In this document: piece after piece, positions 15,171 through 23,665 of the stretch | Numbering within the stretch: position 1 is the first letter of the stretch | Layout of the letters: every line of letters begins with the position of its first letter | Source of the DNA: a virus | Taxonomy: Duplodnaviria > Caudoviricetes | IMG/VR virus record: IMGVR_UViG_3300021962_000543 | Coordinates: 1 to 26,693 of that record | DNA length: 26,693 bases | Direction: 5' to 3' (one strand) | Notes under the pieces: model-generated | The model's database searches: none | The model's input: only the letters and a program-made list of their open reading frames with translations | What the model was told of the DNA's origin: nothing | Translations under genes and position numbers: made by a program

Positions 15171-17675
15171 ATGACTGCTTCTAAAAATTTAATACAAGCC
15201 GCCGCTGGTTCTGCTGGCGGAGATTTTTATGGGTATACCATAGATAACTCTGTTCGGTTTGCTAGTCCCTCTGACAAATTGACTAGAACAAACTCTGGCT
15301 CTGGGTCAACCAAAGGTTGTTTCTCAATGTGGGTTAAAAGAAGCAAATTAAACCCGGGCGCAGTGGTTCAGTTAATTGGTACAGGTGTTGGCGAGTTTTA
15401 TTTTTCTGATTCTACACAGGGCGGTGGTGTATACTACCCAGATGCTATTGGGTATTACGAGTATTTTAACAGCGGCTATCAGGGGGCCGGGACTTCAAGC
15501 ATAAATGCATCTAGTGCCTATAATGTTTTTAGGGATGTATCTGCTTGGTATCATGTTTTTATTGTATGGGATACAACTTTAGCAACAGCTACAGATAGGT
15601 ATCAAATATGGGTTAATAACCAAAGAGTAACGCTAACAGTTGACTCTAATGTAACACAAAATACTTTAGCTAGATGGTTTGCTTCTGGAGATATTGTAAT
15701 AGGTAACAATTCTGCTGGCACAAAACCGTGCCATTCTTATTTGGCAGAGGTTGTTGGGATTGAAGGTACGGCGTATGCACCCACAGACTTTGCAGTAAAC
15801 AAGAACGGTGTCTGGATTCCAAAGAACGTATCAGGTCTAACCTTTGGCACTAACGGCTTCTACTTAAAGTTTAATAACTCTGGCGCACTTGGGACAGACT
15901 CAAGTGGCAACGGCAACAACTTCACTGTTTCAGGACTCACAAGTTCTGACCAGATGATTGATACGCCTACTAATAATTTCGCTACGTTGAACCCGCTTCT
16001 GCAATACACTACAGGCGCTGGTTATTCAGGGGCCATTTATCAAGGGAATTTAGAAAAGCAGGGGCCAGCAGATAACAGTTTCACTGGTGCATATTCTACA
16101 ATCGCAATGGCCCCTAATACCGGAAAATGGTATTCAGAACATTATTTAGTTACAGAAAATAGAAACGCATTTGGCATTAGCTATGCCCCAACTGATGCAG
16201 GTAGTTCTACTACTCCAAATAACAGCACCGTATACGGGTATTATGCATTTGCATACTCTGGTTGGGCTTATTCACTTATTTACGCTACTTCTTCAGACTC
16301 GTCACCGCAGACAATTACAAATGTAAATTCAGGTTCAGTGGTTGGTATATTGTATGACTCTGACGCTTCAGAAGTAACTTTTTATGTAAATGGTACACAG
16401 GCTGGAACCGCTGTCTCTGTACCCGTAAAAACTTATGTTTTCTTTTCAGATGGGTATGGTGTAGCACCGCAAAGTTATCAAGCATCTAACTTTGGTCAAG
16501 ATTCAACCTTTAATGGACGTATTACAGCCGGAAGCAACACAGATGCTAATGGCATAGGCGACTTCAAGTACACCGTCCCATCAGGCGCACTAGCACTCTG
16601 TACAGCCAACCTCCCAGAACCAGCTATAGGCCCGAACAGTACGACTACGAGTGATGAGCATTTTGATACAGCACTCTATACAGGCAATGGCACTACAACC
16701 ACTGTAAGCAGTTTGAACTTTCAGCCAGACCTTACGTGGATTAAGTCAAGAACATACGCAAGATTCCATGCTTTAGCGGATGTGCTAAGAGGCTCTACCA
16801 AGTTTTTATCTTCAAATAGCACTAGTGCAGAAGATACAGTTGATTCAGGTAACGGAGTTGTATGGAACTCAACTGGATTTGAAGTAGACGCATCTTCTGA
16901 TTGGAACTCGTTAAACGAATCTGGAGCAAATATAGTAGCTTGGAACTGGAAAGCCAACGGCTCTGGAGTATCTAACACAGACGGCTCTATAACATCTACT
17001 GTATCTGCTAACACTGATGCTGGGTTTAGTATTGTTAGTTTTACGGCAACAGGGAGTAATCCATCTACTATAGGTCATGGACTTGGTGTTGCCCCTGATT
17101 TAATTATTTTGAAAGTAAGAAATTCAGGTACAGGTGATTGGCTGGTATATCACCATGAAAATACTTCTGCCCCTGAAACTGATTACTTAGTGCTTCATAG
17201 CACATTGGGAACTTCAGATTACCCAGTATGGGCTGATACTGCTCCAACATCTTCTGTTTTTTCGTTAGGCACTTACTCGCAAAATGTTAATGGTTATACT
17301 TTTATAGCCTATTGTTTCGCAGAAGTAGAAGGCTTCAGTAAGTTTGGAAGCTATACTGGCAACAACTCTAATGACGGCCCATTTGTCTACACCGGCTTTA
17401 GACCTGCATTTCTTCTCGTTAAAGATGCAAATACAACAGGTTATTGGCCTATCTATGATTCAGCTAGAATGTCTTATAACGCAATAAAAGAATATGTTAT
17501 GACAAATTCAAGTAATGCGGAAACTTCATTAGGTACAGAAAACGTAGACTTCTTATCTAATGGATTTAAATTACGGGCTAATAATGCTAATTCTGGGCAG
17601 AATAATGTTTCTGGTAATACATACATCTACATGGCATTCGCAGAAAACCCCTTTAAATACGCAAACGCAAGGTAG
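15171..17675 (+). CDS. Putative receptor-binding protein 2 (ConA/LamG-like + SPRY-like + conserved C-terminal domain)
   Basis: Paralog of 11265-13808: QAAAGSAGGDFY..TIDNS, RDVSAWYH..WDTT, GTNGFYLKF..DSSGNGN, DTPTNNFATLNP, GKWYSE..NFGQDS and YIYMAFAENPFKYANAR. Confidence 0.78.
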   Translation: MTASKNLIQAAAGSAGGDFYGYTIDNSVRFASPSDKLTRTNSGSGSTKGCFSMWVKRSKLNPGAVVQLIGTGVGEFYFSDSTQGGGVYYPDAIGYYEYFNSGYQGAGTSSINASSAYNVFRDVSAWYHVFIVWDTTLATATDRYQIWVNNQRVTLTVDSNVTQNTLARWFASGDIVIGNNSAGTKPCHSYLAEVVGIEGTAYAPTDFAVNKNGVWIPKNVSGLTFGTNGFYLKFNNSGALGTDSSGNGNNFTVSGLTSSDQMIDTPTNNFATLNPLLQYTTGAGYSGAIYQGNLEKQGPADNSFTGAYSTIAMAPNTGKWYSEHYLVTENRNAFGISYAPTDAGSSTTPNNSTVYGYYAFAYSGWAYSLIYATSSDSSPQTITNVNSGSVVGILYDSDASEVTFYVNGTQAGTAVSVPVKTYVFFSDGYGVAPQSYQASNFGQDSTFNGRITAGSNTDANGIGDFKYTVPSGALALCTANLPEPAIGPNSTTTSDEHFDTALYTGNGTTTTVSSLNFQPDLTWIKSRTYARFHALADVLRGSTKFLSSNSTSAEDTVDSGNGVVWNSTGFEVDASSDWNSLNESGANIVAWNWKANGSGVSNTDGSITSTVSANTDAGFSIVSFTATGSNPSTIGHGLGVAPDLIILKVRNSGTGDWLVYHHENTSAPETDYLVLHSTLGTSDYPVWADTAPTSSVFSLGTYSQNVNGYTFIAYCFAEVEGFSKFGSYTGNNSNDGPFVYTGFRPAFLLVKDANTTGYWPIYDSARMSYNAIKEYVMTNSSNAETSLGTENVDFLSNGFKLRANNANSGQNNVSGNTYIYMAFAENPFKYANAR

Positions 17676-17684
17676 GAGAACAAA

Positions 17685-18737
17685 ATGGCAGAAACAAAAG
17701 AATTAGCAGATTTAATATATGATGGTCTTCCTGCTGGAACTCCTGGAAGTGTTTCGGGCAACGAAGGATTTAAAATTCCTTCAGGCACAACTGCGCAAAG
17801 ACCAAGCTCTCCTACAAATGGTCAGATTCGTTATAATACTACCACAAATGTTTTAGAGGCCTATATAAGTGGTAGCTGGCTTACGGTAGTAGAACCAATT
17901 ACAGGTAGTGGTGGCACAGAAGTTACTTCTGGAGGGTACAAATATCATACTTTTACGTCCTCAGATAGCTTTGTAGTAAGTGGTGGAAGTTTAAGTATTG
18001 ATTACTTAATGATTGCTGGAGGTGGTGCGGGTGCTACTTATGGAGGAGGCGGAGGCGCTGGTGGACTGTTAAGTGGCTCTACAAGTCTTAATGCTGGTAC
18101 TCATTCTATAGTAATTGGTGCTGGTGGTGCTGGTGCTGCAAATGCCCTCGGCGACAGTGGAAGCGATACTACTTTTAATAGTAATACTGCTATAGGTGGA
18201 GGCAGAGGTGGATGGGGTACTGGTGGGCCTGCTACTGGAGGTTCTGGAGGCGGAGGTAGCTATCACGATGGTGGCGCCTACGTAGGGGCTTCTGGAACTT
18301 CTGGACAAGGAAATGCAGGCGGAAATGGGGGTATGAATGGCACAACAAATATATATGTTGGAGGCGGAGGCGGAGGTGCTAGTGCTGTTGGTGGTACTGC
18401 AAGTGTAGGTTCAGCTACAGCAGGAAATGGAGGAGCAGGCACAAATTCATACTCTACCTGGGCAACTGCAACATCTACTGGTGCTTCTGGATACTATGCT
18501 GGAGGTGGAGGTGGGGGAGCTCCATATGGTCCAGGAACGTATGCTACTCAATATTCAGGGGATGGCGGCGCTGGAGGCGGAGGTAATGGCACGGGCGGAA
18601 ATAATAGACCTAATGGTGCTGGAATTAGTGGAACAGCAAATACTGGAGGCGGGGGCGGTGGAACTGGGTATCAATCGGGTCACTATGCTGGAGGCAGCGG
18701 TGGCTCAGGTATAGTAATTATAAGGTATGCAACCTAA
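17685..18737 (+). CDS. Glycine-rich adhesin / receptor-binding protein 3
   Basis: MAETKELAD N-terminus, IPSGTTAQRPSSPTNGQIRYN fibre module, then a glycine-rich domain (GGYKYHTFTSS..YLMIAGGGAG..GGSGGSGIVIIRY). Confidence 0.75.
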   Translation: MAETKELADLIYDGLPAGTPGSVSGNEGFKIPSGTTAQRPSSPTNGQIRYNTTTNVLEAYISGSWLTVVEPITGSGGTEVTSGGYKYHTFTSSDSFVVSGGSLSIDYLMIAGGGAGATYGGGGGAGGLLSGSTSLNAGTHSIVIGAGGAGAANALGDSGSDTTFNSNTAIGGGRGGWGTGGPATGGSGGGGSYHDGGAYVGASGTSGQGNAGGNGGMNGTTNIYVGGGGGGASAVGGTASVGSATAGNGGAGTNSYSTWATATSTGASGYYAGGGGGGAPYGPGTYATQYSGDGGAGGGGNGTGGNNRPNGAGISGTANTGGGGGGTGYQSGHYAGGSGGSGIVIIRYAT

Positions 18738-18752
18738 TAGGAGAAAAATAAA

Positions 18753-19118
18753 ATGGCACATTTTGCAAAAGTAGTAAATGGAGTAGTAGCGCAGGTTATT
18801 GTAGCTGAACCTGAGTTTTTTAATACATTCGTAGATTCAAGTCCTGGTACTTGGATACAAACTAGCTATAACACAAGAGGCGGGATTCACTATAATCCTG
18901 AAACTGGAGAACCAGATGATGGAGTTGCACTTCGTAAAAACTATGCCGGTATAGGAAGTATTTACGATTCAGCTCGTGACGCTTTTTATAGCCCGCAACC
19001 TTTTGCAAGCTGGACGCTTGATGAAGATTCTTGCACTTGGCAAGCTCCTGTATCTTATCCGGATGATGGAAATTTTTATACTTGGAACGAGGAGGCTCAG
19101 ACCTGGGATGCAGTCTAG
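18753..19118 (+). CDS. Small partner/chaperone of the glycine-rich adhesin
   Basis: MAHFAKV..VAQVIVA..WIQTSYN..RKNYAGIG..YD..RDAF..PQPFASWTLDE..WQAPV motif, commonly seen downstream of glycine-rich phage proteins; AGGAGA RBS. Confidence 0.7.
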   Translation: MAHFAKVVNGVVAQVIVAEPEFFNTFVDSSPGTWIQTSYNTRGGIHYNPETGEPDDGVALRKNYAGIGSIYDSARDAFYSPQPFASWTLDEDSCTWQAPVSYPDDGNFYTWNEEAQTWDAV

Positions 19119-19156
19119 CATCAAAGATACTACCAAAGTAGTACAGAGCAACCAAC

Positions 19157-19636
19157 ATGATAGAGGTAGGAATAGCAATCAGCCTTGCTACGTCCGCTTT
19201 TAATGGTATTAAAAAAGCTGTTGAAGCTGGAAAAGATATAGAAGATTGTGCTGCATACTTTGGAAAATTTTTTGATGCAAAAGATGAAATTATTAAAGCA
19301 TCTACTTATAATGAAAATGCTCCTCTTTCCTCGAAATTATTTTCAGGAACAAGCATAGAGGCTCAAGCACTTGAGATAACCGCAGCTAAACACAAAGCAG
19401 CACAACTAGAAAAAGAACTTCGGGAGTTTCTTATCTATAGTGGACAAGGTGCTTTCTATCAAGATATGATGAGGGAAAGACGTAGAATACAAAACGAACG
19501 ATTTAGAGAAGCTCAGAGGCTAGCAGCCCAGAAAAAATTTTTAACTGATTTATGTATTCTTGGCGGTTTATCTGTTTTATGTATAATTGGTCTCGTAACT
19601 TGTGTTTCTTTAGTGGCGAATGCTGCTACTCTATAA
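19157..19636 (+). CDS. Hypothetical membrane protein with C-terminal transmembrane helix
   Basis: Amphipathic N-terminus, charged coiled coil (MMRERRRIQNERFREAQR) and hydrophobic LCILGGLSVLCIIGLVTCVSLVA. It ends at the terminator. Confidence 0.7.
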   Translation: MIEVGIAISLATSAFNGIKKAVEAGKDIEDCAAYFGKFFDAKDEIIKASTYNENAPLSSKLFSGTSIEAQALEITAAKHKAAQLEKELREFLIYSGQGAFYQDMMRERRRIQNERFREAQRLAAQKKFLTDLCILGGLSVLCIIGLVTCVSLVANAATL

Positions 19637-19660
19637 AAAAGCCCGCACTAAGCGGGCTTT
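19634..19660. terminator. Intrinsic terminator between convergent arms, probably bidirectional
   Basis: AAAGCCCGC-ACTAA-GCGGGCTTT 9-bp stem. The A6 tract on the left gives a U-tract for the - strand; there is only TTT on the right. Confidence 0.85.
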
Positions 19661-19663
19661 AAG

Positions 19664-20620
19664 TTATCTAAAAATTTCTTGCCAACTACCAGTTGTACTG
19701 GCTCGAGAATACTCGGTGGCTCGATTTTCAAAGAAGTTTGTATGCTCTACTCCATTCAACATATAGTCCAACCAGGGCAAAGGATTTTCTGAACTATTGA
19801 AAATTTTCTTCATGCCCAGACCGAGAAGTCTGCGGTCAGCAATATATCGAATATATTCCTTCACTTGTGCACTAGTCAAATCAGGTACTTTTGCTCCCGA
19901 AAAACATAAATCAATAAAGTTATCTTCCAACTCTACAGTACGTTCTGCAGCGCAGTAGATTTCATACTTCAAATCATCATGCCATAAGTCTTCGTTCTCT
20001 TTGATAAAAGTACGAAATAGATGGCTCATGCCTTCTACATGCAAACTCTCATCTCGAACAGACCAAGTAATAATTTGACCCATGCCTTTCATTAGATTAT
20101 GACGAGGAAAATTCAATAGAATCGCAAAACTACTAAAGAGTTGCACTCCCTCTGTAAATCCAGAGTAGATAGCCATTGTCTTCGCAATGTTCATTGGTGT
20201 ATCTACGCCAAAATTACTTAAATACTCATGTTTTTCAAACATTTCTCGATGTTCGGCAAACTTTTTGTACTCATCATCATCAAATCCAAGTGTTTCAAGA
20301 AGTAGTGAATATGCTTCCTGATGCACAGCTTCCATCGAAGCGAAAGCTGCAAGCATCATTCGCACTTCAGGCTGTTTAAATGTAGGTAGATAATGCTTTG
20401 CATATCCACAGCATACGTCTACATCCGCCTGAGTAAAAAACCTAAAAATAGAGTTAATCAAACTACGATTTTCAGGCGTGAGTTTTTCTCTATAATCTCT
20501 CAAGTCATCTGCAAGATTGACTTCGCTTGGAAGCCAATGCATATGCTGTTGAGTCTTATAGTATTCAAAAGCCCACGGATAATTAAACGGTTTGTAATAA
20601 TTTCTTTCTTCTAATAACAT
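19664..20620 (-). CDS. nrdB: Ribonucleotide reductase class Ia beta subunit
   Basis: Di-iron ligand motifs FFTQADVDV, MEAVHQEAYS (with radical Tyr), FTEGVQLFSSF and RDESLH; C-terminal NFFENRATEY. Confidence 0.95.
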   Translation of the reverse strand: MLLEERNYYKPFNYPWAFEYYKTQQHMHWLPSEVNLADDLRDYREKLTPENRSLINSIFRFFTQADVDVCCGYAKHYLPTFKQPEVRMMLAAFASMEAVHQEAYSLLLETLGFDDDEYKKFAEHREMFEKHEYLSNFGVDTPMNIAKTMAIYSGFTEGVQLFSSFAILLNFPRHNLMKGMGQIITWSVRDESLHVEGMSHLFRTFIKENEDLWHDDLKYEIYCAAERTVELEDNFIDLCFSGAKVPDLTSAQVKEYIRYIADRRLLGLGMKKIFNSSENPLPWLDYMLNGVEHTNFFENRATEYSRASTTGSWQEIFR

Positions 20621-20621
20621 T

Positions 20622-22391
20622 TTAACCCTCGCACGCTACACAGGCATTCTCGTCAAGAGACTCAAATATCTTCTGTCGTAAAACTTCATCTGATACATTG
20701 TCTGCTCGTTTAAATGCTTCGCTTCTCAAATAATATAGAGTTTTTACTTTCTTTTTCCACGCCATCATATGTATAGCGTGAAGCTCTTGCTTTGATACGT
20801 TTGCAGGAAAAAATACATTCAATGACTGACTTTGGCAAATAAACTGCTGTCTATCTGCCGCCATATCAATTACCCATCTTTGGTCAATTTCTACAGCAGT
20901 CTTGAATACATCTTTTGTGTAGTCATCTAGAAAATCTAGATGTTGTACAGAGCCATTTCTTGTTACAATACTTTGCCACACTTCGTCCGTATTCATATCC
21001 ATTTCATCGAGAGCGTGTTCTAAGTATTCGTTTTTGAGAAGCGAACTTCCTGTCTTAGTTTTCTGTACAAATGCATTAGCGCGGTAAGGTTCAATGCTTG
21101 GGCTAGTGTTACCACAAATAATACTACTGCTAGCATTAGGAGCAATAGCCAATAAATGAGCGTTACGAACACCATAGCCACGACCGTCAGGGCATTCTCC
21201 ACGTTCCACAGCAAGAAGCTGAGTAGCTTTGACTGCTTCATCTTTAATCCTCTTAAACATTTTCATGTTTGAAATTTTTGCAGTAACACTCTCAAATGCA
21301 ATGTTGTGCCTCTGCAAATACGCATGAAAACCCATAGCCCCAAGACCCAGACTTCTTTCCATATAAGCACTATAACGCGCTCTTTCTAGCTCATTCGGAG
21401 CTTTCTTTATAAAATACTCTAGTACATTGTCCAGCATTCTTATTAAGTCAGGAATAAACTGGTCATTGTCGCACCAAGAATCATATTCTTCCAGATTTAC
21501 ACTTGAAAGACAACACACTGCTGTTCTATCATTTGCAGTTGCAAGTGTAATTTCTGAACAAAGGTTTGAATGATGTACTTGTAACCCTTTTTCTTTTTGA
21601 TACTCAGGCAGTGCTTCTTGTACCGTATTTTCAAACATGATATACGGCTCGCCCGTTTCGACACGATTCTGAATAAGTTTTACCCAAAGTGTCTTTGCCG
21701 GAATAGTTTTTATAACTCGACCAGAGTGCGGGTCTTTCAATTCCCAAGTATCGTCAAATCCATCTTCTTTTGTTGCATTTTCGATAAGTTTCATGAACTT
21801 ATCAGAAACAACAACACCATGATGCAAATTGATAGATTTTCTATTAATATCGCCTCCTGTTGGCTTACGAACATCAAGAAATTCTTCAATTTCTGGGTGA
21901 GAAATATCCAAGTATGCTGCATAACTTCCTCGCCTTGTCACACCTTGTGAGAATGCTAACATTTCTGCGTCTACGACTTTCAGAAATGGAATAACTCCGG
22001 TACTTTCGGAGCCATTGCTCGTTGTCGAGCCTACACTCCGAACCCCGTTCCAACATCCGCCAATGCCTCCACCAACAGAAGATAAGAAAGCATTTTCAGT
22101 GTAATGATTAGTAATTCCATGCCTGCTATCGTCTACATAGTTAAGAAAGCAACTTATAGGCAATCCACGAGTTGTTCCTCCATTACTTAGTATTGGAGTA
22201 GAAAACATGAACCAAAGTTGGCTTGCGTAATCATATAAACGCTGTGCATGAGCATCATCATCTGCAAAGGCTTTTGCGGCTCTTGCAAATGCTTCCTGAG
22301 GAGAGGTTTCTCCTTCAATCATGTATCTGTCTTGGAGAGTTTTAATTCCAAATTCAGACAAATAGTTGTCACGATTATAATTTAGTTGCAC
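20622..22391 (-). CDS. nrdA: Ribonucleotide reductase class Ia alpha subunit, short form lacking an ATP cone
   Basis: STPILSN, PISCFL, SNLCSEI, VCCLSS, LGLGAMG, IAPNASSS, QSQSLN, KTLYYLRS and C-terminal CVACEG; GTG start with GGGAG RBS. Confidence 0.95.
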   Translation of the reverse strand: MQLNYNRDNYLSEFGIKTLQDRYMIEGETSPQEAFARAAKAFADDDAHAQRLYDYASQLWFMFSTPILSNGGTTRGLPISCFLNYVDDSRHGITNHYTENAFLSSVGGGIGGCWNGVRSVGSTTSNGSESTGVIPFLKVVDAEMLAFSQGVTRRGSYAAYLDISHPEIEEFLDVRKPTGGDINRKSINLHHGVVVSDKFMKLIENATKEDGFDDTWELKDPHSGRVIKTIPAKTLWVKLIQNRVETGEPYIMFENTVQEALPEYQKEKGLQVHHSNLCSEITLATANDRTAVCCLSSVNLEEYDSWCDNDQFIPDLIRMLDNVLEYFIKKAPNELERARYSAYMERSLGLGAMGFHAYLQRHNIAFESVTAKISNMKMFKRIKDEAVKATQLLAVERGECPDGRGYGVRNAHLLAIAPNASSSIICGNTSPSIEPYRANAFVQKTKTGSSLLKNEYLEHALDEMDMNTDEVWQSIVTRNGSVQHLDFLDDYTKDVFKTAVEIDQRWVIDMAADRQQFICQSQSLNVFFPANVSKQELHAIHMMAWKKKVKTLYYLRSEAFKRADNVSDEVLRQKIFESLDENACVACEG

Positions 22392-23226
22392 TTAACAATC
22401 TCCCTTCAATATCTGATAAATTATCAGAGCCTATTGCATCATCACAATATGTAATTAAATCCATTAGTTGATAGTTTACAAGAAGCTGTTCAGCATTCTC
22501 ATTCAGAGTTTGAATAAACTTATACTTACTATCTATAGGTAGAGCATCATAGATGTCCATTGCTGTACCATAGTCACGAATCAAATCTGTAGCACGTTTA
22601 GGACCGATACCTGGAATGCCAGGAACATTATCACCTTTATCGCCTGTAAGACACTTTAAAGATATATAATCTTCTTGGTCAATATCGTAGGAGTCAGACC
22701 AGTTATCTGCTGTAACTTCCTTCCTCGTTACATATGAGAAACGGCTTACTCCTTCTCCTACTAATAAATCCCAGTCACGGTCACTTGAAATTAACCAAAT
22801 TGTACCAAGACCATACTTCTCTTTTTCTTTTACTATGTGTGCTGCTATATCGTCAGCCTCCACACCCTTGTAGCGAAGTACAGTATATGACTCTGCAAGT
22901 TCTTCTAAAGTCCGTTCAAATTCTAAAAAGAATTGTTCAAACGCTTCTTTCTCTGCTTCTGACTGTTCGGCAAATTTTTCTTTACGATTCTGTTTATAGT
23001 CTGGGTGTATTTCTCTACGATAAGTAGAAGAACCCCAATCTGCCGTAATGATAACATTGCCACAGTCATATGATTTTGCTAGAGATTGTACTGTTCGTAT
23101 ATACTCTGAGCAAAAATCTGTTCTGCCTTGATGCTTCCAACGAAATGCTAAATTCAAAGCATCTACTATTAGTGTTGAACTGCTATCAGGGTCTATAAGT
23201 TTATCTGCAAAATTAAATGCTACCAT
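22375..23226 (-). CDS. D15: T5 D15-like 5'-3' exonuclease / flap endonuclease
   Basis: LIVDALNLAFRW, YRR..PDYKQNR, GVEADDIA, SSDRDW and the LTGDKGDNVPGIPGIGPKRA H3TH motif; T5 synteny. Confidence 0.92.
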   Translation of the reverse strand: MVAFNFADKLIDPDSSSTLIVDALNLAFRWKHQGRTDFCSEYIRTVQSLAKSYDCGNVIITADWGSSTYRREIHPDYKQNRKEKFAEQSEAEKEAFEQFFLEFERTLEELAESYTVLRYKGVEADDIAAHIVKEKEKYGLGTIWLISSDRDWDLLVGEGVSRFSYVTRKEVTADNWSDSYDIDQEDYISLKCLTGDKGDNVPGIPGIGPKRATDLIRDYGTAMDIYDALPIDSKYKFIQTLNENAEQLLVNYQLMDLITYCDDAIGSDNLSDIEGRLLSATKL

Positions 23227-23662
23227 AATTTATAAACTCTACTTTTTCTTCTTTTAGCCAATCATCAGCCAATATTATATAACATTTTAGCCAAGAAATA
23301 AAGAAATATTTGGTCTTTTCCGGCATATTTTCTGTTACAACAAAGACTTTTGACCTGTTGTATTTAAAAAATAATAGTGGTTCTTGGCCGCCCTGTTTTG
23401 CTTGGGCTTGAACCTTTATCCACCACCGTACTAAGTTATTTGTTTTTTCTTGTGTAAAAATCTTATCTGTTAATGGAGAATCGGCATAGTTTTTTACTTC
23501 AATACAAAACCTATTTTTCTCATTAGGAACATATAAGTCTCCTTTTAAGTATTCGAGAGCACCCGAAGCGGGTACTCTCTCAAACTTTAGGTTTGTATAT
23601 TCTCTAAGCATATCTCGTACAAGGTATTCACCCCTTGCACCTTTAGCCCTTGAATCTACCAT
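23213..23662 (-). CDS. D14: T5 D14-like Holliday junction resolvase (PD-(D/E)XK)
   Basis: SRAKGARGE..RVPASGA..KGDL..IEVKNY; lies between D13 and D15 as in T5. Confidence 0.88.
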   Translation of the reverse strand: MVDSRAKGARGEYLVRDMLREYTNLKFERVPASGALEYLKGDLYVPNEKNRFCIEVKNYADSPLTDKIFTQEKTNNLVRWWIKVQAQAKQGGQEPLLFFKYNRSKVFVVTENMPEKTKYFFISWLKCYIILADDWLKEEKVEFINYGSI

Positions 23663-23665
23663 ATA

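Noticed and set aside
10744-17675. Diversity-generating retroelement or invertible shufflon behind the paralogous RBPs
   Set aside because: No reverse transcriptase or site-specific recombinase in the window. The repeats are direct and both copies are coding. Mismatches are mostly synonymous and not adenine-specific.
18020-18710. GGN-rich low-complexity DNA as a tandem repeat or CRISPR-like array
   Set aside because: Fully explained by glycine codons; no fixed repeat-spacer period. No tRNA or CRISPR array was seen anywhere in the window.
14658-19118. Four consecutive genes in the same frame, suggesting stop-codon readthrough or TAG recoding
   Set aside because: The stops are TAA, TAG and TAA-TAG. 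Two of the three downstream genes have their own AGGAG RBS, the paralogous junction at 11265 is out of frame, and long ORFs have no internal TAG. Chance is about 1 in 27.
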